The position numbers and the translations under genes were made by a program. The notes beneath the pieces were generated by a model. It was not told the origin of the DNA and did not search any database. It saw nothing but the letters and a program-made list of their open reading frames with translations. A stretch of DNA of 63,313 nucleotides, filler included, from Platydemus manokwari (Eukaryota): NCBI GenBank assembly GCA_037951405.1. It is 6 parts of 6 records of this genome, joined end to end, with 100 filler letters (N's around TTAATTAATTAA, not from the genome) between each part and the next. Parts side by side here need not be neighbours in the genome. Positions count along the whole stretch, not along the records: positions 9,559 to 23,151 come from JBBMOY011678067.1; positions 23,252 to 33,051 come from JBBMOY011203099.1; 4 more parts are not named here. One strand, 5' to 3'. Below, one piece after another: positions 13,281-25,500 of the stretch; position 1 is the stretch's first letter; each line of letters begins with the position of its first letter.

Positions 13281-14299
13281 ATATTTTAGAACAATGCTTT
13301 TGTGCTATTTCCGTGGGTTATCGGATGTCACAAAAGTTTTACCCTTATGGTTAGAATGCGCAAAATTCAAATATGCGGGTGATTTTCATATAAATCTTAT
13401 TCATAAAATATTTCTGCATTTTAATCTTTGAAATTTAGTATAAATAGACACAGGAAACTTTATTGCAAATAACCCAATGATTAATAAATACATTTAAAAA
13501 TCGTTCATATGTTATACACAATAACTCTAACCTCTCTACCCACACAATAAAACCTTTTAGAAATTTTACTTCTGTATACACGGCAATACAGAATCGTGAA
13601 TTTATTTTGTGATGTATTAGTTTCGATTCCCTTGTTTATTATATAAGAATTTACACTGTCAGTTTTATTTTTAAAATACACATTAGATAATCAGTTTAAA
13701 AATATAATTCTCATCTTTTGAAAAATCAATACGATATTTTCGTTTAAGTACCGCATATAATGTGATCATAATGAAATTGATATATTAAAAGGTCATGTAA
13801 GGGATGGTGATGCATTCAATGTAATGTGATTACGCAATTATTACTTGTCTATTCATAGTGGTTGATTGAGTAATTGGTATCGGATAGATCAGATCTATTT
13901 CCCTCATAAATTGAATATTAAATCCAGAAGACTATCCTTCTAAATCGGTTGTGATTTACTGGTAATACATTTTTATCAGCAACCTGTTAATATGTTTCTT
14001 GGATAGAGATTTCAGTTACTACGCTTAAATAGAGCACGCTTTTCCTTATCTGTTTCATTCAATCAACCATATCACATTTATTTAGAATTTTGAAGTCGAA
14101 ATTCAATTTTCTTTACATGCTTTCTAAATTTTCCTAAGCCATTGAAGATTTGGAAATGGAATAAATTATTCGTATTGATTTTACTGATTTTGTGATAACT
14201 TCTTTTATTTTCAGGTTTTATTATTGATAGAAAGAAGATACGAAAGTTATTGATAAATCTCAAATGTTCGATGAAAAGTTAGACATAACGTCCTGATCA

Positions 14300-15620
14300 G
14301 TACAGTAGGGGTCAAGAATAGGGCAGCATTGTTAAAAATATTGTCGGCGCAATGATGTGATGTAATTGAAGATACACCAAATATGTCCAGTACTTTTTAC
14401 CATAGTTACATAAGTATTCATAAAAATGTTGACTCAGTGAAGACTATAATTTCAACAAAAATAGTGCTATTTAAGATCAATGTTAACAGGTACACAAAAT
14501 AATGTAAAGATCATTGTGAGAAGATTTGTTCACACATTTTAGGGCGCGTCAAATGAAAAGCGATCTCGGAAGTAGAGAATTAATCTTCACATCATATGAA
14601 AACAGTTATAAATAAAAATGAATTTGTCGAGATACAAAATGATAACATGGCTAATAATTAATATCGATGAAAACAAAATGAGAGTAGGTAGAAGTAAACC
14701 AAACAAAACCATGTAACGGTAGAAATGAACCGAATGCGTTGGACTATAGTGCAACCGAGAATATTAGCATAAGTAAAATTAAATGCAAACAATGAGCAGT
14801 ATTGAATCATGAAACTCCGGTTTGTAAACGGACGAATTTTCAATACATAAAAGCTAAAAATGAACTTTTACAAAACAATTGTCGAACATAAAGAGATTAC
14901 TTTAACCTTCAAAGCAATATAAAATGTTTCAAATGTGCGTGATTCGGTCATGTCCTTAAAAGTAAGAACAATAAAGTCCTTATAACACAAAAATAGCAAA
15001 CTTATATTATATTGACGCAGCTACGGCTCTACTGATGATCGCAACATGTTAAAGATTTATTCCAAGAGATATTCATAGCTAACGCAGAAAAAACAGGGTG
15101 TTGAAAAGGCTGAATATCAGCAAATATATGGATGTCGAATTAATCTTAATCCAAAATAAAATCCTATACAATGATCATTTAAATAAAAAAGTTGCCTATA
15201 GATGAGAAAAGTTAAAGGCATACTCAAGGGTCAGAGATAAGTCACAATTACAAAAGAATTGATAACGAGACCATCAACCTCCTTATGTACTCAAATAAAA
15301 CTCACCATGATACATTGCAGCAAAGTACAAATACTTTCTCGCCGACAAAGATTGCCACTCAGAAGATCGTCTGCCACACACATATCAGTCAGATTTTAGA
15401 GCAACTCACGAGTTCTCCAAGGAAAAAGATTTTAAATAAATATTAGGAATAAAGAAGATTGATGAACCATTTAGACTCACAGTATTGCAAGAGAGTTATA
15501 AGAGAACCTACTAACAAACTGGTAAGTAGTTTGTTTAGGTTAATGGAAAAGGTTAAGGTATCAAGTAAACAAACAGAGTAGGTTTATCTGGGAAGTAACT
15601 GCAAGTCCTTCTTGATCGGT
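14300..15620 (+). mobile_element. Decayed Ty1/Copia-like gag-pol remnant
   Basis: Zinc-knuckle relic IKCFKCA*FGHV (~14920-14955) is followed by protease-like YIDAAT and IANAEK, then PHTYQ resembling the integrase TPQQNG region. The order fits Copia. Confidence 0.45.
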
Positions 15621-15899
15621 AGTTTTTGAATGTTTCTCTTTTGCGTGATATATAACTTATCTGGACTCCATTAGACAAATTCTTTTGCTGCAATTTATTC
15701 CCCGGGTATTATTAAATAATATTTAAAATATAAATACTAATTATAAAATAATAAAATAAAACAATGTTCTTGATTAAATCAAATAATTTTATAATATATA
15801 ACCATATTGCATAAACTAGTATCCTCATGATAAAAAAAATAGGGCTTGGCCTCTATATGCTCGGCCAAGCCTCTATAAAAAGGTTTGAAACCAAGTATG

Positions 15900-18110
15900 A
15901 ACTTCTTAGAATATTTTAAAAGACCTTTAAGTCTGAAATTAATTATTAGGACAACTTAAAAAATCTGTTCATTCACATGAAATATCTTTTAAATAGTTTA
16001 GTTTGAACAATAAATAAAATCCATTCTGTAAGCGGATAAAGAAAAAAATCTTTCAAATAAATGCAGCTCAAAAAAACCTTTTTTGTAATTCTTATGCATG
16101 ACAGACTTTTTCTAAAATATTCTGCGTGATTTTTGTGTCTAGAATAACTAGTGTCACTCATTTTTATACTGTTTCGATTTAAGCCATATATGTGTTCCAT
16201 GAGTTATATCGCTATTTTTAGTAACATCAATCTAATCTTGGTAAAAATGAACAACTGTCCTATTGGAGGCATAATAACTGCAAATCATCGAGTTTCATGC
16301 CATGCCTATACAGATAAAATAGCAATTATGGCGAAAAACAAAAATAGACTCCAAATAATGATCAATGAAGCATCGCTTTAGGACTTCATATTGGTTTCAA
16401 ATTGAAATCCTCAAGATGAGAGTACTTACATAATCTAAGAGCAATTACTAACATGAAGGAACTCATGATATACAATAAGAAAATTCCTAAAATAAGTATA
16501 AAAGAACACTAGCGCTAGCTAGGAGTGAACTCTCTTTGAAGTTACATAATACAGCAGAAGGAGTGTTCATCGACTTGGAAATTGATGAATAACTGGAAAA
16601 TGCATTTACTACCATGGCAGAAGCTAAGGACCTTTAAGTTGTTTGTATACACCAAAGTGACCTTCTATATGAGAAATTACTATGCTACTTATAGTAGACT
16701 ACCACAGTTTGATGTGATGATAAGAGAATATCTGAAAAAAATCTTTGGCGTACCGAAATCTTTCTCTTCGATTTACCTCTACTCAATGAAGTCAAATGGT
16801 GGTTGTGAACTACGAAGTATGACAGAGAAGTATACAATACAATGGATCAGTCATGCATATGAAATTAACTAGCAAATATGAAATGATTATGATGACGGTC
16901 ATACATCTTGATTGAATAACCAAGTTGTGGCAATCCAGGAAGCATTAGAATGAGTCAATTCTCATATTCTAACAAATGAAAAGAGCAAAACATGGTGGGG
17001 TAAAATAAGAGAGAGCATTAAATATGCGGCAAAGAAAATATATACCACAGTTTCTTTCATTATTATCAACGGTAAGATAATGCTTATGTTCAACAAAGCC
17101 TTACAATCATTAGTTCCCATTACGAAAGCTGTGTCATGGAAGAACCAAAGAAAATGAAAGAAATGTCAAAACTGCTAAGACAGTGTTTCATGCGTCCGTA
17201 TCAATTAAAATTGGCTAATCAAATCAGAAATGGTCACTATAGCAGCTATGCAGAAGCTATAAGTCCAATGTGGTCAAAAGTAGTTTTTAGTTGACACCTA
17301 ACTATTGTTGAATTTAGATTTATTCATAACGCAAGGACGAACAACCTTCCCACTCTGAATAAAAAGTACATGAGAGGAAAAACATGCAGAAAACGCTTAC
17401 ATGAAGTGGAATCGCAAACACACGTTTTCACCTACTGCAAACCACCCCACTCTTTTGTACTCTATAGGCACGACAGAATCATGGATATACTGGCCAAAGA
17501 AATTGTTAACAAAGCAGATTACAGAATCTTTTCAGAGAAAGTATGTCAATTCACAGAATCCAAATTAAGGGTGGATCTTCAACTAATAAATAATCGAAAA
17601 TCCACGATCGTTCTAGTCAATGTAAAATGCCCCATGGACGAATCTGCTTTAATTAATATAGAAAAAGATAGAAAAATACACAGACCTCTAAAATGCGATC
17701 AAAAAAGCGGCCCGAGTGGTCTGTGGAACTGCTCACTTTTGTTGTAGGAGTTCTTGGAACTTGGCAAACACAGAAAACGTAAACAGCCCTAAAGAAATTA
17801 GAGATGAATCAGAAATTGATAAATAAAATAGCTCTTGGCTGCATAAAATCAAATATAAAATCAATAAAAATAAAATCAATGGAAGTTCCATACGGGAAAG
17901 AAGACAGCATCAAAACAGCTTTAAAAATAAGGGAAGAGGATATCCAAGGATAACATATTCTGGGTGGCAGAAACAGAATTGATTGAAATGTTGAATTGGT
18001 TGTTTGATTGAACTATCGAACTGTGATCCATGGATTGCTCGAAAGAAAGAACCATGTACATCCCATATTTTAATGTATGGGTGCTCGAATATCAATGTTT
18101 ATGAATAAAT
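15900..18110 (+). mobile_element. RLE-clade non-LTR retrotransposon, 5'-truncated and decayed (RT + CCHC + RLE + 3' UTR)
   Basis: HAYTDKIA (decayed YADD), PWQKL, YLY...GGCEL, RFIHNARTNNLP, CRK..ESQTHVFTYC, RHDRIM, LRVDL...NVKCP, VGVLGTW. AATAAA at ~18105. Confidence 0.85.
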
Positions 18111-18859
18111 ATTGATAGTCTATGCTTAGCGTTGTGTTACTATTTTTGGTGTTTGTTATAGTGGTTATTTATAGTGAAATTTATGATTATTCTATTTTGA
18201 GACATGACGTGACTTCTATTTTTACATTTTGGTTGCATTTTAAAAAACCTTGAATCGATTAAACAGTTTTTGATTTTGATGCGATTCAGCAGAATTTAAA
18301 AATTTGATGTATATTTTTATTGAAAATTTTTTATTGCATTTCATATTTATTTCGGTATTTATTGTTTGTGATTATTTCAGAAAATAATGGTGCTTCAATA
18401 TCATATTAGAACATAGAGAGGACATTTCTCTTCTCTCGATAAACAATATTTATAATAGTTTTACAAAGAAAATCATTGTGAAAATAAATACGAGAACCTA
18501 CCCAATAGGATTCATCTTTCACAAATTAAAACATATGGCTCTAAATGAAAGAATACCAAAAGCGAATCAATTTATACGAAATACAATTTGATATTTGTAT
18601 TAGATTGTGATAAAACTAGAACATTTTCAGGCCGATAAAGAAAAATTATTTATTTTAAAAGATAGGGCTAGCACAACTTTGTTATGGCCTTCATAAAATT
18701 TCACGATCAGAAAACGTATAAGACCAGAACTGTGATGTTTATAATTAGCCCTCAAGAAGTGAGCACGTAAAAAAACCCACTAACTGGAAATGGCACATAA
18801 AATGGTTAAAAAAATTTAAAAATTTTAAAAAAATTTAAAAGAACGAATTTAAAATTGAG

Positions 18860-21430
18860 AAAAACCTCTTCAGGAAATCTGGATACCCATAATGACAACT
18901 CAATCAAACATCGTCACTCAAGTCACAACAACAAAGAATGGAAAATAAATAAGATGATGTCTCTCATCTGCCCTTACATCATTCTTTCAGGTGTAAGATT
19001 ACCCTGAGTGACAGCTATTATGTGTCTTTTTTAAAAAACACTAGTCATGAGTTGACTTCCCTAGTGCTCAATGTTTCCTATTGCTCATTCTTTAACCAGT
19101 TTTCGGATTTTTTTTCTAAAATTGCTTCAGTTGAGGCTAGAACTGTATCGAGAGAGCCTATAATACAGGTTAAAAGCTTAATATTGAAGTCTGGTTTCAA
19201 TTTAGCTTGCTAATTTCTAAAATCGCTATAGTGAGTTATATTATTTTTGTCGAATTCCTTACAGTTTTTCAACGTATCAATTGGACCTTTCATGTCTACA
19301 AAAATATTTTTCTTCTAGGTTTTGGTTATCATCAAATCGATAAGGTATTTACTATTTGGTAACAGGAAATATATTTGGTTGACTATTACAATAATGTCCT
19401 TTGAACTGAGACACTCAACAATTTTGTTTAGACACGCGTCATGACGAGCATTCTGCAGTTTTTTGTTCGAGTCACAACATTGTAGAGCATGTGACATGGT
19501 TTCTTTGAAATTGTGGCAACGCATGCATTTTTGACTTTCTTCATTTGTGTTCCATGGCGATGCATTAATAGGTAGTGTATTCGTTCTAGCTCGGTGAATA
19601 AATTAAAGTGCAAAAGATTTGAGGTCACTACCAAAAATCGTCTTATTATTGCGTAGAAATAGTCTAATTGCATCTGCAATAAAGTTACTGCCTTCATTAT
19701 CAAGCCATGTTGACGAATAAGATTCCTGAATCACTTGGTGCAAAACAAGAGATAGTTGTTTACGATTATGAGAGCCAAAGTTGTAAGTGCCACAAAATTC
19801 AAATGTCATCCTGAAGCAAGTTTCATCTTTAAGAAATTGAAAAATCAAGCTTATTTTGTGAGTATTTTGAAAATATTTCACTGCATTGATAACAAGCATT
19901 CACCGTGTCTTTTGCAAAGCAGAATTTTCGAAAGATTTTCTACCATTGATCTATTATAGGCCTTCAGCAATTGATGGATTTCCGATACAAAGTCTTGCAG
20001 AAGAAATAAAGTGAAGTGAATCAGAAATAATTATTTTTTAAGTGAACAATCAGAATTCAAAATACGAAATGCTTGAACAATGCACTGTATGTGATTCATC
20101 AATCAATCCAGTTAGTCCAACACCATCATTTATTATCGACAAATAAAGATAAGAATTTTCAAGATGATTTGACAAATGAAATGATTGCTTCATGTACGCT
20201 TCATCTTGCTGCTTCTTTCTTTCAGTAAAGAAATTTTGATTTCTCCTCTTCTAAACGCATTTACAAGTCTAAAGTGCAAGAAATTTCTGTTCGATTTTAG
20301 TTTTACCTATCCCATAAATCAGAGTTAACAATTTTACCAAGATCGATTACAAATTAATTCAAAATCTTGTAAGGGCATTGATCATTTTTATCACCAACTG
20401 GAACACCAAGATACATGTGAAGTTTTTTTAGCTTTTGATATTTATGTTATTAATAGTGTTTTCGTGTGGTGAACTTATAAAGGCACATCTTTCTGAAAGG
20501 TAATGTAAACCAGCCCATTCAGTTATTTCAACAGCTTTATCAATGAATTTTTGGAGATCAGGAGTATTATTGACAATCAAAGCAATATCATCAGCGTAAG
20601 CTAGAACCTTAACAGAGCTAATTCCTATTGAAAAATTAGAAACTGATAAAGCATTAAAGGCTTCAAGTACTGGATTAATTGCTAAAGCAAACAGAGTCAT
20701 CGATATAGGACAACCCTGTTTGACTCCTCTTCAAATAGGCAAGTCTGGTGTAGTAATAGGTTCACAAATATAAAATGATCTTATATCAGTATACAACAGT
20801 TCAAGAATATACATCTAAAAAACGAAGCAGACTCCATGTGGAACACTGGGAAAGCCAAGCAACAGAAATGGACAAATTTCGAGTATATTTTAAATTTTCT
20901 AAAACAGAATAGCGTTGTGTTCAATACAACCCTCGTATTTAGAACCACCTTTTTGACCCCTGTTGAGCAAGTTGTTATCTCTGATCCAATGCTCTAATCT
21001 TCTAGTCAAAATTGCCGAAAAAATCTTCTATGAAGTTTATTAAAGAGATATTGGTTGCCAGTTATTGATATTTTTATACTGGCCATCTTTACCAGGTTTT
21101 GGAATGAGGGTTGTTTTAAACTTTCGTCAATCGTCTGGAAATTTACAAGTCGAAATGAATTTATTGAAAAGATGAGTTAGAATAATATCTTCAGAGTCTA
21201 ATAGTGAAAGGTCATGATATGTAATTTTGTCACAGCCAGGTGAGGTATTATCTGTTAATTTCAAAATAGAGAGAACTTCACTCGGATGAATACATTCTAC
21301 CTCTAATTTATCTATTGCAGTTTTATAATACTCATTATTATAATCCCATGCGGTTGTTCTGGGTTTTTCATGAGACAAACAACTAATTACATCATTAATA
21401 GATGGTCGAGTATTGATTTCTTCATCAAAA
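18860..21430 (-). mobile_element. RLE-clade non-LTR retrotransposon, decayed (RT + CCHC + RLE)
   Basis: TSPGCDKITY, QKGGSKYEGCIEHN, GVKQGCPIS, LAYADDIAL, C.RCHNFKETMSHALQCC, ARHDAC, DMKGP, IIGSL. Multiple stops and frameshifts. Confidence 0.9.
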
Positions 21431-22520
21431 ATAAAAATTTATTATAATACATAATAGTTTTCATTGTAGTGTTGGAGGTTCGACCAGTCATTGGAATGAG
21501 CTTACTTGGAATGAGCTTGTCCAATAAATGGGTATGAGCTCAATTGCTAGAAGGGAACTGATCCCCAACTAACCGAACAGACGAGAAAAAAAGGAGTGAA
21601 GGCTAGACTGGTCAACCGGCTTCTCAGAAGTTGGACTGGGTTGCATACTGAGTTCGAAATTCCTGGATTCATCATTGGTTCAAGTTCTATGTTCCAATAT
21701 TCTGCCCAGATATGAGAGTACTTGAATTTTCAAATTCCGATGGTCGGCTGTCCGGATTCTAGCTAGGCATTAAATCATATTTTAGCGTTCTCACCTATGA
21801 ATTTAAAATCACAAGGAAAACATATGTATTATTAAAATACAACCTAATATTTTTACTTAATGGTTCAATGTATTTACAACATTTCTGTTTACTGACACAT
21901 GGCTTTATGTCGTCGGATCTTGGTTTATGGGTGTTATACCAAAACCATCGTGAAATTGGGTATTACCCCTAATTGGTAGACTTGACCCTTCTTTCATATT
22001 GATTAGCACCCCCTTTTGATGATGGTGCCAGATCCGAGCGAAGTGCCTAATGTTCGAAGCAAACATAAGTTTGCTAAGAATCTTAATATTTGCATTCGTT
22101 AAACCAAGCACTTTTAGGACATTCAATGTCTTTTGTGGGACCAAGCCTAGTGCGCCAACAACTATAATGTGTACGGTGACATTATAGTTGAGCTTATGTT
22201 TTTTTACCAGATCGCAAAGTAGGGCATAATGAGTCAGATTCCTTTCATCTGCCTGCACCATTTGTTTTTTCCGTATCCAATAGACATTTAATGTCTACAA
22301 GGAAGATTCGTTTATCTGAGCAGTTCTCAATATAGAGATCTACTCTGAGTTTCGCAACAGTGTCATATCCTACAAGATATTGTACTGCTTCATTAACATT
22401 TACCATAAGATCAGGTGAGTTAATAAACTCGTGGACTAGCCTTAAACACTCATCATGTCTTTGTGTAATTAGTGTCATATACGGAATACATGGTTGCAGT
22501 ACATGGCTTAGAGACTCTTT
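21430..22520 (-). mobile_element. RLE-clade non-LTR retrotransposon 3' fragment (endonuclease + long 3' UTR)
   Basis: ESLSHVLQPC, QRHDECL, KLRVDLYI...DIKC, IIVVGALGLVP, SNIRHFARIW. ORF ends at 21905. Minus-strand AATAAA at ~21440 directly abuts the neighbouring element. Confidence 0.85.
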
Positions 22521-25500
22521 GTCAATTTAATACATTCTGCTTTATTTTCAAACACTCTAGTAAATTAAGAATTTAATTTCCTTGTAAATAAACAAGAAGA
22601 TAAATTATAAATGTTTATCTTTTGATAAAGATGAGGATGTAATTCTTGACAATATTTTTACGATATTTGACTGAAAATCTTGCAAATGTATTTACAATTT
22701 ATAAAGATTAACTTTCTCTGCGGTGAGTTGAAAAATGGAATCTTAAATTTATAAATTAAAAGTTTTTTTTATAAATAAATAAAAGAATAAGAGAATTATA
22801 AAAGAATGTTTCCTTGAAAAATAAAATATATAAAGAAGTCTAAAAAAATCAATATTAAATAAATCAATATCAATTAACTGGATCTGTGACTAACTTTATA
22901 TTTTCATGTTTCTTTATATTTTCCATCGTTTTACCAAAAACACTGTTATTTATCAATTTCAGATATCTTTTTCAAAGTCATTTATATCTTTGGTTCTCAA
23001 ATCATTATTTTATTGAATCTTCAAATGAATTTTTCATTAATTTTAATTATTAGGTTGTAAATAAAGTTCGCGGTCAAAATTGTAAATAAAAATTTGCCAT
23101 CACGTTTTGCCATCGATTTATTCAATGGATTAATTATTTTATTATTATTATNNNNNNNNNNNNNNNNNNNNNNNNNNNNNNNNNNNNNNNNNNNNTTAAT
23201 TAATTAANNNNNNNNNNNNNNNNNNNNNNNNNNNNNNNNNNNNNNNNNNNNCGATTTGAAACTAAATATGATCTCAATTCAATGGTGATTATTATATTAA
23301 AATATTCACTAACCATTTCTCTAATCATTTATTAATCGTTTTGTGCTCATTATTTGGTGTTATTTTGCCTAGAATTATTAATTTTTCGTGTGTTATAACG
23401 ATTTCTATCATTCCTAAAGTTGATATATCATATCTTGATAATATATTTGTCCAAAAATTAATGAATTTGATATCATTATGACATCATTAGAAATGCATGA
23501 GTGACGTTATCACGATAAATGAAAATTTTATTCTGTATGGTGTACGTTAAGTTGATGATTCTTAATCAATACTAATAAATTGATTTTCTAATCTCGAATG
23601 ATTTGTATATGATAAATGGAACAATTAACAGAAATGCAAAACAATTTCGGAAAAATTCCCCATCTGTCCAATAGATTCAATCATAAATTTGTATTGTTAA
23701 ATTTCATTTTCTAACAAATCTACATAATGTTTTGTTATGTAAATAGTGTCGTTTCGTGTTATGTGAAAGGCAAAATAATATAATAAATGTTAAATTTAAA
23801 AAATAATTAATTAAAAAACAAATTAAATAATATTTTATTATAAAAAATGTTTTGTATAAAATATAATTTTTAATGAATTTAGGTTTTCTCTCTTAAACTT
23901 TTTAAACATCATAAAATGCATTACCTAGAAAATATGGTTGTCAACGATTTATTGTAATTGCGAGGATTTGAAAATTTTTATAAATAATTTTTTATCATTT
24001 TAAATAAAACAAATGATTTCAAATATTTTCATATAATTGTTTTGAATATATTGGTTAAATATACTTTTGTAGGTTGATCTTACTAAATCGTTTTAAAATC
24101 GTGTTTAATGTAATAGTAGCAGCTTACATTAATATAACACATATTAGGATTTATGTGCAAGGAAACAAGTGAAACTATTATAGTGGAAAATTTATTATGT
24201 TCAACCCCTCAAGCAAGAAATGTTTCAAACAGTTTAAAGTTACAGACAAATTCACTAATGTATATATATTATTCGTAACTTAACGATAAGTTCAACAGTG
24301 CATAAAAAATAAATTCCTAATTCCAGATATATTTCAGAAGTCAATTAATAATGCATTAAATCTTTCAATATTTTAAATTCCATACGAAAAGATGTTCTAC
24401 ACTGACCAGTCGAAATGAAATTAACATTTCAAAAATATCATTACAAGATTATATACTACTCATTATATACTACGTCGAAATTAGATTAAAAAAATAACCC
24501 AGCGTATATGTTTAATAAATTTTATAGGACAATAATAATTCTGAAATATACGATTCTATATTTACTGTGTTTATATCAATATATTCTTAATCATGTAAAA
24601 ATGAGATCAATATTTTCCTTATATTTTCTAGATCCATGAAGGATAGTCCCGGTGAAAAGATATTCTCTAAATAGGGTCTAAGACAATTCTGTTGAAATTG
24701 AAATTAGTTAATATTGAATTAATTCCCCGATGTGTGATTTATTGATTTCTAATTTTTATTCTTCATTTGACAATTATGTTTGCCTAACAACAATGCATCA
24801 TATTTTCACAAGATTCTAAAGCATTTCATAATTTACAGAAATTGTAAATTTATCCTGACAATCAATCAGTTTTAGAATTATTTATTGGAAATGTTATTTG
24901 TACCTCAATTTTTGCTTTATTGCGATCCGTCATATATGATCCTTGATCATGATCATTTCGGAATAATGAATATTATAAATTTATTTATCATCTGTGCTTC
25001 AATATGAGTTAATGAGACTCAATAATAGATTTTATTACCAGCAACTTGAAATGTTTTTAATAAAATTATTATTTATTTTCTATTTATAGAATTAAATCTG
25101 TTTTCGTGATGTTTTAATCTTCTATATAAATAAAATATCTATAAAAGAATTTCGATTATCATTCAATTTTTCGGTTATTTTAGGAATTATAAACATTTTA
25201 TATGAAATAATAAAGGAAAATATAGTTAAATGTAATGAGCTGAAATGTATTAAATAAAATATAAATTAATAATTCAAATAAAACAAATTTAAAAACATTT
25301 TTCAAAACTAAATCTGACATTGAGAATAAATCTATCAATGAAGAAACAAAGACTAAAATAAGCAAATATTAAATTCTTTAATTTTAAATCATAAAAAGAG
25401 TTAAAAAATGAAAATCAATAAAGAAGCCTTTAGATTGGAATGGAAAAGCTTTGTATTGTGAAAATACAAACAACTACACCTGAATCACAATTGCTGCACA

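Noticed and set aside
13761-14076. Solo-LTR candidate TGTGAT...ATCACA next to the Copia relic
   Set aside because: No target-site duplication or primer-binding site; 6-bp inverted ends can arise by chance.
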